DNA of 64,000 nt from Phoronis australis. Lineage: Eukaryota; Animalia; Phoronida. Below the pieces are notes generated by a model. The model was not told the origin of the DNA. It searched no databases and saw nothing but the letters and a program-made list of their open reading frames with translations. The translations under genes and the position numbers were made by a program. Shown here piece by piece: positions 1 to 11,800 of this stretch (the stretch's first letter is position 1; each line of letters opens with the position of its first letter). Location: contig NMRA01000054.1 in assembly GCA_002633005.1 (NCBI GenBank), positions 1,055,541 to 1,119,540 of the forward strand, read 5' to 3'.

Positions 1-414
1 ATGACGTCATCAGCGGGTGAAACGACAAAACCTTTTTTAAAAATCTCTTTTAACTAAGTTGGAGTTTTGCGTTTTCTCATTGGGTTCATTTTTGGCCTCT
101 TGCGAACGTTAGTTAGTTTGCGTTTGCGAGAAGACAACACGTGTTCTCTCGCGAACGTAACCCCGGTCGCGAGAACAACGCCGGTCCTCTCGCGAACGTA
201 GTTCATTGGTGGACATCTTGGATTGAGGAAAAACGCTCGGGAGGCGAACATAATTTGTCGCGTATCTTCTCAAACGTGGATTTCACGAAAAAGTGAGTGT
301 GGAGTGGCGCGCGTGATCCATGAGAGTGGGCAGTTGTATATTACGACACTTCATTTTATTTTTTAAGTATTCCTGACAGAATTTGAAATGGGACCGTTTT
401 ATCCGACTATTACC

Positions 415-939
415 GCATAATTCATAAAGACGCAGATGAGGATTGTCACTGAATATTTCATTGGTCCAAGTTTTACACAGTCTCCATGATGAAACTGGCC
501 CAGTTTAATTCATCTCTATACCTTTTTTTTGTTAGAATTTTATTCAATATAAGAGGTGCAGCACAGATCACACAATTACAGATGGTTTTTGTTCTAGTCA
601 AGGAACAGTTAAGGTGTTAACTTACAATGCTGATATGTACAAAGGTAATTTGACAATGGAGGAAAGATAAACACAGTAGAGGCTAGGATTCATTACACTA
701 CGCAAACAAGGTCAAGACCTTGCCAGCGCTCTATAAATTCACAGTACTTCATTTTGTTTATGTATATAAACCGTTCAGTAGAAATGTAGAAAGCAACTTC
801 CTTTTTAAACATTGCAAGGCACGGATGTTTGCCAGCATAATTTATAAAGACGCAGATGAGGATTGTCACTGAATATTTCATTGGTCCAAGTTTTACACAG
901 TCTCCATGATGAAACTGGCCCAGTTTAATTCATCTCTAT
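415..939. repeat. 105-bp direct repeat pair (415-519 and 835-939)
   Basis: Identical except for one mismatch (423 c vs 843 t); offset 420 bp. Confidence 0.95.
520..834 (-). mobile_element. 5'-truncated non-LTR retrotransposon (L1/Tx1-like) 3' end
   Basis: Minus-strand peptide GKHPCLAMFKKEVAFYISTERFIYINKMKYCEFIERW resembles an L1/Tx1 ORF2 C-terminus. It is followed by a 3'UTR, AATAAA (539-544) and A8 (523-530), and is flanked by direct repeats 415-519 and 835-939. Confidence 0.6.
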
Positions 940-948
940 TTGTTGCAG

Positions 949-1083
949 GCTTATGGCTTACAAATACTCCAAGTGGTACCACGGTGAAGGAGCATGAGCC
1001 CACTTCAGCACTGTACTGGAGTGACTTCCCTCGGTCTGCAGAGTACTGTAACCCTCCGCTGTTCATCTCTAATGGAGAGGAAG
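949..1083 (+). CDS. PXYLP1: PXYLP1-like internal exon
   Basis: AG and GT boundaries, phase 1/1; encodes LWLTNTPSG...AEYCNPPLFISNGEE. Confidence 0.8.
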
Positions 1084-4000
1084 GTGTGCTATCGCTTCTA
1101 TTAAAGTCGTCGTCAACACTGACAGAAATTGTTAGCATAGACAGGTGACCAAAATCACGTCATCAAACTCGGTTTGGATGTGTTTGTAAATAAAAATTTG
1201 GTTGTTTGAGAGATATGTCTATAACTTAACGATTAAATTCTCTTATTTTGCTGAAGGCGTAGCTCGCCGACTAATACATAACTGCCTCGCAATCGTCGAT
1301 ATGGCATCTTATATGCTTGAATAAAAACACAGTTTCGACTCGAGCAAATTACCTGAAATCCTTCTTAAGTTTTCCAAATAGCGTTCCTAAGATTTTTAAG
1401 TTCCCGTGGAGTCGGGATTAACGGCAGGTTAAGTCCAAATCTGTGCTAGATTGTGCCATGTGTAGTTGTAGGTCTACCCGGCAACAAGAGAAAAATCTCG
1501 GTACAAACACACGTGTTGTTGTCACGTGACTTTTCTTTTGAATTTTTTTGCGTGTGTGGGTAAGTGTGTCACCAGAGTTCAATTGCCAGAGTGAACATAA
1601 TCTAACAAGATAGATGTGTATTGTATCTCAAAAAATTAGCACAACCAGTAAAGCAGAATGTGTTTTATTCATCACTTGCCGGCCTCACATGCTAAAAACA
1701 TTCGACAATTGTCTTGGTAAGGCACATATTAGTGGCCGTGTGGCTGGATACGTACGTGACTGTCTGACAGTTATTTTTGGATGTATGGGTGTACGTGTTA
1801 GCATTCACTGTCAGTGGTCATTTTATCGGATATTTAGCTTTAAAAACACCAATTATGATTAATTAAAAAATCTCTCTTAAAAATAACGCAAACGTGTTTT
1901 TGTGGTATTAGAAACTGTCGGAAATTAGTGCCAATATTTATTTCTTGCGATGCTACGCTACCTGTTGTGAATAGATAGGTCCCGAAGATTAATGTCTGCG
2001 ATGACGGGTGTGTAGGGCGTGCTTCCTGGCCATGTGCTTTTAACACCAATTTTTTATTACGCGGTAGTGTTCTATTCGTTTTTTTTTACATGTGCAAAGA
2101 AATTAGGAATCCTGTTGAGGGAGAACATAAGGAATCTGTACTGGATAGATTCGATCCCGTTGAAATGTACGCTGTCTGTTCTGCTAGCCAGACCATAATG
2201 GGACACGTTCCTCGTGAGATCAACAAAACTTGAGTTCCTTTTAGAGCACGGCGAAAGTTTGAAGTGCATAGTCAAGGCTAAATACTGACATGTCGTGGCG
2301 AAGCTTGTGGTCTAGAAATTCCGCGCACAATAATTTTTTCAGGACTGCCAGATTTCGTTGACAAATTACTGTGGAATTTTAGCGCTGCATGTAAGGCATT
2401 TTTCGCATGTACACGTTCGTGGGCTGGGCGCTTATCTCAGCAAAGTCTGAAAACGCGTGGGGGGATACATATAGGGACATGGGCAGTTATTAGGGCGAAT
2501 ACGAGATGACATTGGAGTTCATTGATTGGTATTGCGAATGATTCACCGCCCGTTTCATGATTATACCAGTTTGAAATTTGCAATGGAACTTCAAATGAAT
2601 GTTTGATAAAAACTTTGAACTAACATGATGTCTCAATCTCTCAACTTCAATTGAGTCAACAGGCCAACTCTCTTCGAATTTTATCCTATCAAAAATTTGT
2701 GCTAAATATGAAAATTGTGTTCTTCAAAGTTTGTCATTAAGAATTAACAGCTCTGAAGCAACAGTATAAAATTTCAAAATGCAAATCCACGCTGACTTGA
2801 CATGTACCTGGTTGAACGGGCATACGTCATATTTCGGAGTAGAAAAAAGACTAGATTTTTTTTCTTGTCGCACTCTCCTGGGTTAACACCTAGGGCACTT
2901 TTATTAGGAACTTCAAAAAAATATGGGGTGGGTTTTAAACTGGCTGTGGGTGTTTGAAATAAGTTTTGAAGCGTTGAGGATGGGCATTTCACGGACATTC
3001 AATTTGCTTACTTAAATACTGTTGTAATTTTTTGCTGACAAGTACAATAATATTACAATGTGTACGAGTTAAAAGAACCTTCTTGATACGAAGTGGAATT
3101 GTCTCGCTAAAGTATAACGAGGTGTTGCGGAAAGCGACTGTTACTGTTATCTAAAGGTTACTGAGTTGCATAGTCATTTTGAGAGCTAAAACTCTAATGG
3201 GACTGACTCACTGGAAGTCTCACAAGTAAGTCTCGCTCATATAAATTGGAGCTGAATACTTAGCCAAGCATGCGAATTTAAAGTTGTGTTTCTTACTGTT
3301 TACTGTTTAGTAACATCTTTAAACATATTTGGAGGTCTTAACTGAGAATCACAAATCAACAGTTGATCTGCGGTGTACTCATTTGAAATGGTTATTCTTG
3401 TGTCACGAGACTGACTAATTTTCAATGAAATTTCAGGGTTGGCCAACCCCAGTAAGTCAACAATGTTCCGATGCATTTCTTGATGTGTTGATGGTTTGTA
3501 TGTCCTCAGTAACAGAAAACAAGTCCCATCATGGGAAGAAAAATTTGAGACCTATTTTGATTAGCCAGCTAAACAGTGTAAAATGCAGCTTTTAAAGTGA
3601 AGATTGCAGATGTGTTGTGTTGGCCCAGAGAAGTATGTTAACTACTTCAACTGGATTGAAGATAATGTCCGTCAACTGTTAGATTGTGGAATTAACCATT
3701 TCAAATTTTGTTACTTTTTAGCTTAAAATGATAAATCTCGCAAAACATATTTTTGGAAAGTGCAATTTGACCTCAGTTTATTTGTTTTCCAGGTTTTGTT
3801 GCCGAAGGTTATCAACTTGAAGGTGCCCAAGTGGTTTTGAGGCATGGTGATCGGTCATCCATGACTGAGTTGAAGAACTTACCTCGCACCATACTGAGTT
3901 GCTCCATAACGGACACTTTCAGCAGTAAGGATCCACTCTATCGGAAGTATGAGAAAGCCATGAGGGCTCTGGATGCCGGTACCATGGGGAAGGACTTTGA

Positions 4001-4970
4001 AAGCTTTTCACCGTACCCACACAAGACCAAGTGTCAGTTGGCTGAGCTGACTGCTGTCGGAGCTCATCAGGCTCTGGCTGTTGGTGCTATTTTACAGCAG
4101 GCATATCTGGACAGGTGGAGTCTGTTTGATCGAACTAACTACAGCCAGTACGAGTTCTGGAGTACAGAGAGGACTCGCACATACCAGACTGCTGTTGCAC
4201 TCATCTATGGTCTGTTATCAAGTTTAGACCATGTGACTATACATGGTACCAATCAGGTGACATTCTGCTCACCAGAAATTATCGGTTTTGACTGTAACTG
4301 CCCTGCATCATCATCTATACTGAAACAAGGGCGGAGGGAGGTTCATAATGAAAACCAGCAAGACACTAGTTTTCACCAGTTTCAAAAGGACGTGAAAACA
4401 GTATTCCAGACTGATATATTTTCCCTGATGGATAGTGTGATGCCGATGGTGTGCCACGGCATACCGTTGCCATGTCAGCAAGCCAGTAACTGCATCAACA
4501 GGACGTTCATTTCAATGTTGTGGCATCGCCTTGATCAAAAAGGTGCAAGGGAGGTGGCAAATGAAAAAATTCAAGCATCGCACAGGCTGACACTCTATCC
4601 GTTCATGTTTCGTATTTATAAGCAATTTTTTCACTTCATTTCTGGAAGGACAGGTGTTCGTTTCACCTTGTATTCTGGGCACGATACCACCATCAATCCG
4701 CTAGCCAAAGCACTTGGTTTTGCATCGGAAAAGTGGCCTCCATACGTTGCTCGTATAATTTTTGAGCTGTACAGTCAACAGCGAGCATCAACATCGAAGC
4801 GATATAGTTTAAGAGTATTGTATAATGGCAAGGATGTTACTGCGAAGGTAACATTTTGCAAAGGGAACTTAGTCGACGGGTTGTGTCCATTCGACCTCTT
4901 TTTGAAGTTCTTAAATCATGAATGTCTCCAAGGGAAAAGTTATGCAGAAGCGTGTGGTCAGAATCTGTAA
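949..4970 (+). CDS. PXYLP1: 2-phosphoxylose phosphatase 1-like histidine acid phosphatase, 5'-partial; join(949..1083,3793..4970)
   Basis: The exon 949-1083 (tgcag|...GAAG|gtgtg) encodes YCNPP..GEEG and splices in phase 1 to 3793 (ttccag|GT). This gives FVAEGYQLEGAQVVLRHGDR with the RHGxR catalytic motif, then SGHD, WPPYVARIIFELY and stop TAA at 4968-4970. The YCN..EG..RHGDR layout matches PXYLP1/ACPL2. The N-terminal signal-anchor exon was not found in the window. Confidence 0.85.
3793..4970 (+). CDS. PXYLP1: PXYLP1-like catalytic-domain terminal exon
   Basis: Long ORF with RHGDR and HD motifs; pyrimidine-rich acceptor ending at 3792. Confidence 0.9.
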
Positions 4971-5814
4971 ACCTAAATGGGGTTATGCAAAAGTGACCAG
5001 ATCATATATAATTTTGTAGTGATAAGTGGCTAGTGTTATTGAATCTGAAAATCGCTGAAGGTGGGTATAGTAGGTCTTTGAAAGAATTACGTGAGCTAAA
5101 TAATAGTGCACATTACCGGTATCTTGAAATACCTATGCACCACCTCTGCTTATCCTCAGTAGGTGTACTTGTGGGGAGAGGATTTGTGCCCAACACCTTT
5201 TGTGAGCCCATTCGCAGAAGGTAAATCATGTAATCCTGTGCACCACCAGTCATCTAAAAGTTCCTGCAAACCTGCGTTTCCATAAGGCATTTATCCCACT
5301 TCTTACTGCTGCCGTGCTAATCTCCCAACATCAAAATGATTCTGGTTGCAAATTTTTAGTTTCGTAGATACACAATATAGTGAACAAGTAAGTTTTATCT
5401 TATCAGCACAGTGAACAAGAAACAACTTTTCAGGAATGTTTGTTTGTGTATACTTTATACAGTATTGTTGTCGCCGAAACATTTGGTAAAATTGTAAGAA
5501 TTTGTTGCAACGTAGCCAGCCTTGAAAATAGAAAAGTACCACTTTTCCCATATGTTTGTCCCAAATTGCAGAATTTTTACTGTTGTGGAATACTTCATTC
5601 TAGTGCCAACTGAAAAGGTTTGTGTTTGCACAGTATTAAGTTGCAGTTTCAACACCTAGAAATTTGACAAGCTGGACAATCGTCCGTGTTTGATGTATTG
5701 GTTTTGCTTTTCTGTCCGAGCAGTGTGTTAGTGCCCATTTCAAGAACTAGGTCAGTCACCATGCGTTTTCTACCTTTGCAAAAAGATTTGTTCGTGGCAG
5801 TGTTGTAACCAGTC

Positions 5815-6024
5815 AGGTAAAATCTCACCAATTTCTCCAAAATAACTTCTAAGGTTGTTGTGAATCATGACAGTTTTTCAAAATAATGTCCAACAGTAGT
5901 TATTCTATAGAACTGAAATATGACAAAGCATCATTTTGACAATTTGCATTCGTTTGTGTAAAAATGAGAAAGTAAAATTTCACTTGTCGGCCATATTGTG
6001 TCCTAAATTGGCGAGATTTTATGG
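5815..6024. mobile_element. Short MITE family copy with GGTAAAATCTC.. termini; other copies or fragments near 7181-7226, 35110-35155, 38104-38268, 45002-45172, 49688-49925
   Basis: Shared motif cacttgtcggccatattgtgtcctaaattg..gagattttac found on both strands, with imperfect terminal inverted repeats. Confidence 0.6.
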
Positions 6025-8757
6025 TAATGTGATCGTTGAGTTTGATTTGGAAAATATTTTGGTAACGTACTCCGCCACCCTGGTTATTAATTGTAGGCAT
6101 TCAGTTTGTACTGGGGTGTTATTTTATGGGTTTTTTTTGTTCATTTGTTGCTGTAATAATGTAGTATAACCCAGATGTTTGGGATAACACATCGTTATTA
6201 TGTTATTGGTACTCTTAGTGGAACATTCTAGTACACTTACAGCTTACCATGCTTATGACAGCTATTTTTAGAACCCTGCTGTATGTGTTTGTAACACTGG
6301 CTGTCAACGTTGTCCATGAAATGTTCAGTTTTTGTAGAGCTGGTGTGTATTTTGTCAGACCATTTCAGAACAGGGTTAACTTGCTTTTTGAGAAATGACG
6401 TGGTTAGATTTAATAAACATATTTTGTTGAAAATGTGACATTTGGAAAATGTCCTTTCGCTCCTTGATCTAAGCCTCATTCCAGATCCAGGGCTTAGTCG
6501 GCTTCGTGCAAGCCGAAAATACAGTGAAGTTCCTGACTATCTGCTTCTTTATTTGGAAAGTCATGACAATGAGATTTGTGTAGCATTTTTCAAGTGGACA
6601 TCGGCATGGAATTAAATTAATAAAAGAGAATTATTGTGATTAGGGGACCAATCTGTAATTGTTGGGAGGGCTAGAGTTTGTTACTAAGTTACGTCATTTC
6701 TGACCAATCATAAGCCAGAACAGTCTTTGCTGGGGTACTAGTCCAACTTATCTGTGGTGACTTTATGTGAAAGGTGCTGTTTGTTTATTGTGAAAAGTTG
6801 GACCAAATTTCCAAAGAAATCTCATGAAGCAGTTAGGTTGTATATCAATACAAATTAGACCAGATGCTTACCTTTTTGTCATGACCACATCAATTACTCC
6901 TCAGAATTGAAAGTAATAATAATAAGCAATAATCACAATGTCATAGCAATAAGAGCCAGCATCTTTGTGGTGTAGCAAACTCAGTACCTTGCAATAGAAT
7001 GTACAAGATCAAATAATTATGCAGCACGCAGGTCATAAGAACTACTGTAACCTCTCACTGCCTTTGGACAAAGATAATTGACGGAATTGCCCTTTAGTAC
7101 TTTTCCATGGTCTCCCAACATTTCCAATAGTCAGTTTTTCAAAATATTGCCCGTTTGTATCTTTTATGAAAAAATAAAATTTCATTTGTCCGTCATATTG
7201 CATCCTTAATTGGTGACAATTTACCATAATGGCACCAGGGGGCAGCCATTAATGAAAACCTCATCTTGTGCTACTTTTTTTTACTCGGCGCTGAAGCCTA
7301 CAGACACACGGCTTTTAATTCAAGAAATATAAAAAGATACGAAAAAATGTGTTCATTGACAAAATTGGGCTTTTATTTGCTATAGTGTTTTCATCATATT
7401 ATAACATAATGCAAGCCCATCTTGTGTGTTCAATGTTTCTGGTATTTCTATCTGACAGTGCATACCAATCTACTGAGGATCAATCAACTCACTCATCCCA
7501 CAACCTTATCCTACTCCAACACAAAGATTCACAATAGAAAATGTCTAGAAAACAGATTTTGTATGAGACTGCAACATCATTCCCAATTTATTGCACCAAT
7601 CGCAATCACTTTGTGAAGGCGGCTCTTGTATAAACCCACCTTTATTTTTCCACCTCTGTGATCTGAAAAAGCTTTTGCCTCTTGTTTTTTTGTTTGATGT
7701 ATACAACTGGTAGTCTCCTGAGAAGACAAGTGAAAAGACTTGTGTTTAGGAAAACCTAAATGTGTGTTACAGTTGTTTCGTAGTATTCCTCTAAAACTGC
7801 TATAACTCCACCTTCTGTCAAAGATGGTTATGATTTAGATTTTGTGTCATAACACTGAAATCCACTTGTTCCTCAATCAGGTTAGACGTAACTTCTAGAC
7901 ATGGGATAAACTGACAGGCATTATTTGAAGCCTGGACAGCATCCATATTGAACTGTTGGTTCTTCCCCAAGCCCAGACATCCCTTATGATCTTAGTAAGG
8001 AGTGAGACGAGTTTGACGACGATAACTAGGTCTAAATCAAAAGTAATCTTTTTGACAGAAGGTACGTGCAAAGAGGCTTTAATGAAGCTCACACTTGTAA
8101 GCCTGTTGACCCAACAGAGAGAACACTGTGGTAACGGTCGGACATAACGTGCCCGGATTATGAGAACACGCTTTCTCCACTGAATAACGGACATCAAACT
8201 GGTTCTCAAAATATGGGCATGTTATATCTATTGCCGACATTGTTATCGAAAACTGAAGTGGCTGTAAACATGCATTCCATCAAAGATGTGAATTGGTTTC
8301 AACTTGTTCCTTACTCAGATGAGAATTAATTTCTGAGCTTCCAAAGAATCGATAGTTCGTTAATCCTTGAGCTCATGCTGGGAGCATAGAATGACACGCT
8401 GCTATAATCCAACTTTTAGCGTCTGGTCTTAAGCAATTATAGCAAACCGCCAGTTGTTTCAAAGCCATGAAATCGCCCCTAATTTGCCTAAGGAACAATC
8501 TGAGGTTAATTTCATAACCAACATTACAGTAAAACAGATCAAATCAAGTTGTTTTATGATAGAAGGCAGGTTTATCGTCCCTTTATCCAAGTAACAACGT
8601 CAGTCAATGACATTCAGTACGTGTATGGAATACACAATCTACTTTCCTGCTTCTTGAAACACTTTCACAGGGAAACTTGCAGTACGTTCATCTCCTCTCT
8701 CCCGCAACATGTAACAGAATATTAGCCACATTACAATATCTGATTAACTGTATTAAT

Positions 8758-8859
8758 CTATAATGCCTTCAGTTTGGCTAACTGTTCTTCTATGTCAGCA
8801 TCATCCGATACTTTTGACTTGGTGCCAACTGCTCCACTGTATGACGGCGCTGCTGCCAC
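8758..8859 (-). CDS. CHMP2B: CHMP2B terminal coding exon
   Basis: VAAAPSYSGAVGTKSKVSDDADIEEQLAKLKAL, then stop. Confidence 0.92.
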   Translation of the reverse strand: MAAAPSYSGAVGTKSKVSDDADIEEQLAKLKAL

Positions 8860-11800
8860 CTGGTGAGAAGAGAGTGTTGATGAGTATGGTCTTATGCAAC
8901 CAAATCATTAAATGGAGGTAAAACAAATCATATATCACACACCCTTAAAATTATTTTAAGATGTCAAATTCGTGACAAGTTAACTTATTTCAAAGAATAT
9001 ATAGACGCTGAGGTTGGCTAGTAATGAAATATGTCATATTTCATTACTAGCAAACCTCAGCGTCATACTGGTGAATTGCTGATTGTATATATAATTGTCC
9101 AAATCCCGTGCGAAAAAGGCGAAATGCCGCTCATGGGATGTATGACTTAACAGTTGGCTGTAAACAGAAATTGCACAGATATCGGGTCCTCAGTAGCTCA
9201 GTGGTGAGAGCACTAGACCGGCAATCCAGAGACCTGTGGTTCGATTCCCAGTTGAGGTTCCTGATTTTTCTGTGTTTATTTGACATATTTCAAAAAAAGT
9301 TGAAAACCAGAAACCCACAACTTACACAGCATTCAACTTTACATGCATTATCACTTGTCCATCAAATTGCATCAAACTGGAGTTAAAAACCATTACCATC
9401 AAAGAGACACAACTCCATTCAATTAACTGTACAATGTTGTGTCCATTTCCTCATCACTCTGCACTGTGCTCATTATAGCAGGTCATCACAGAAAAGTACA
9501 TTAAAAATCTTATGATAGAGGATCTCTGGCAGTAGGCATACTGATGTTGTTCAATGTAATGTTGGTGTACGCTTGGGTTGCACACTAATGTCCTTTTTAT
9601 TAATGATATTTCTAAAACCATGAATCATTGAAAAGTCAGACCGACAGGGTATTTTTGAAAATGAACAGTCACCAGATATTTCATGTTCTCTGTACCCTAA
9701 TGTCCCAGCAGAACAACCCATGAAAAACAATGGTGAGCAGTACCCCTTAAGATAGAAACTTTTGGACTTTGCAACAGTTAAATAGTGGACTTTTCATATT
9801 AGCAGTCTCTTGAGTGATGACAGAGCGAAAGCAACTTTTGGTTGATCCCTAATCGTATTTGGTGGACAGAAATTCAGTTACTACATGTTTTTAAGCTAAC
9901 ACAGGAATAAAACCCTCTGTCAGCCCCTCCCATTTGATTACGTTAAGTTTGAGAATTCATGTTTGCTTCTTTGACATCCGCTGGAATCAAAACTCTGCCA
10001 CTTTATCATCCGAAGCCACTGACTTCGCAGAGCGCTGATTCTTTGCAGTGTATGGAACATGATGTCCTTCATCCATGAGTATTTCAAGAAATTTGCCCTT
10101 TTCCGTAAGTCATTAGCACACCCCACCACACAGCAGTGGAAATTTGCCGCATTATGATATCAGGAAGGGCATTAAAATGCTGTTTATACCAGCAGGTTGC
10201 AACCTCAAGTCCGCATTACATGGGATTGTAGGTGATGCTAAACGTCTGTCCACCAAAGACTAGATCACCGTCTGGCAAGATATAGAATTTCAATACAGCG
10301 CGCTATTTCAAAAACCAGCTATTGCACTGATAAATTTTTTCAGAAAATCCAGCCTGACTCTTCGCCCAGCCCAATTATCGTGGTCTTACCTGTCCAGAGA
10401 TGTCAATACCGATCTCGTCGAGCACCTGGGAGACAATGGCGTCCTGTTCCTCCTCATCGCCCGATTCATCCAGCATCTCATCTAGAGTATCATTTACTGC
10501 AAAACAAAACCAACGTAATCAGTTCCCGGTCACGTTTTGTTCCCGCTCAGTCTCGACATTTTGGAAAGATTAAACAAAAAATAGCACAAAGTTTTCCTGC
10601 AAACAGAGCAAGTCTTTAACAGAGAATTATGTCCAGATTCACATATTTGAAGTTGAAATCTTTACAATCCAATCATTTGGGAATTAAACATAATATCGGA
10701 TTGAGTAACCCAAAAATACAAAACTTATAGAGTACGGAGATTCCGCACCCCTCTAGACCAACGTCAAACTCACTCATTTCTTCTGACATCTCCATTTTGG
10801 TTGACTCCTTGCCAAAAGCTTGCATCGTCTGCTGCGTCTTTATCGGGTCCATTACCTTATTCATCTGGACCATAGTCTGTGATTAAAAAAAGCGGGAAAT
10901 TTAATGACTGCCTGAATAATGACGTCTGCAGTTGGTGAAATGGGGGTCCAAATTAATCGTGGGATGTTCAGGATTCACTCACTCATTTAGGGCCTGAAGA
11001 AACGACTAGAAAATAATGTCTTGTAAGGTTCACTAAAGACATGTGAACACAGTCAATGATGGCCTTAATGGTTATTAAATCAAGAGGGATGGAATAGCGA
11101 AATTCTAAGAAAACAACAAGGAGAGATTGAGTCACAAAATAGTAGGCAAAAACTAACTGTGAATAGCCGAACAAGAATTTGATCAAATGATCGTTGTAGT
11201 TAGAAATGGTAACATGACATAGCGCGTTATCAATTCTAAGTCATTGCTGGGTGCTTTGACATGGCGAGTGAGAATCCAAACGACACATAACACGGAGGAC
11301 CAAAAGCAGTTCAACAAAGGGAAGATTCAACACAACTTCACATTGACCTAGTTAGCAGATGATCGCAAAATCATGATAGACAATGCGATTCAATTAAAAC
11401 CGCATGAAATCATTAGTGCAAAACAAAAAGTTTCTTCAAAAACACACTTGCTCTTACACACTGTAAGTTGAAAGTGATTAATTGTGTTACTTTATAGTAG
11501 ATAAGGTGGTCAATTTCGGCACTTGGTAAATTGGCAGGGAAAATAGCAGAACATAGTGAATTCAAAAATCACAGGCAACAAAATGACCACAAAATATCAG
11601 TGGATGTGTTGGCCACAAACTACTTCGTAAAAACTTCCTCTCATATGGTACTTTCATTTTCCTTTCGTGTTAAGGATAAACTTGCATTTTCCACCAGCTA
11701 ATTTCAGCACAAAACTCCAGTAATAATATTTGCTACCATTCATTGCCAACCATAACTAAATGCCTGAACTTGGAATACGACTATTGAGATTTTTTGTTCA

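Noticed and set aside
320-377. ATG..MRVGSCILRHFILFF as the PXYLP1 first exon
   Set aside because: The only donor-like GT gives phase 2, not the phase 1 needed at 949, and the hydrophobic stretch is too short.
5033-5840. Short minus-strand ORFs with faint mutual similarity downstream of PXYLP1
   Set aside because: No recognisable domain or consistent exon chain; probably 3' UTR, partly overlapped by a MITE.
7895-8209. 104-aa minus-strand ORF downstream of CHMP2B
   Set aside because: Non-ATG start and no recognisable homology; likely 3' UTR.
9187-9259. Functional tRNA-Ala gene
   Set aside because: GGC anticodon, C33, stem mismatches and a bulge, and no G3:U70 pair. Kept only as a pseudo-tRNA or SINE-like sequence.
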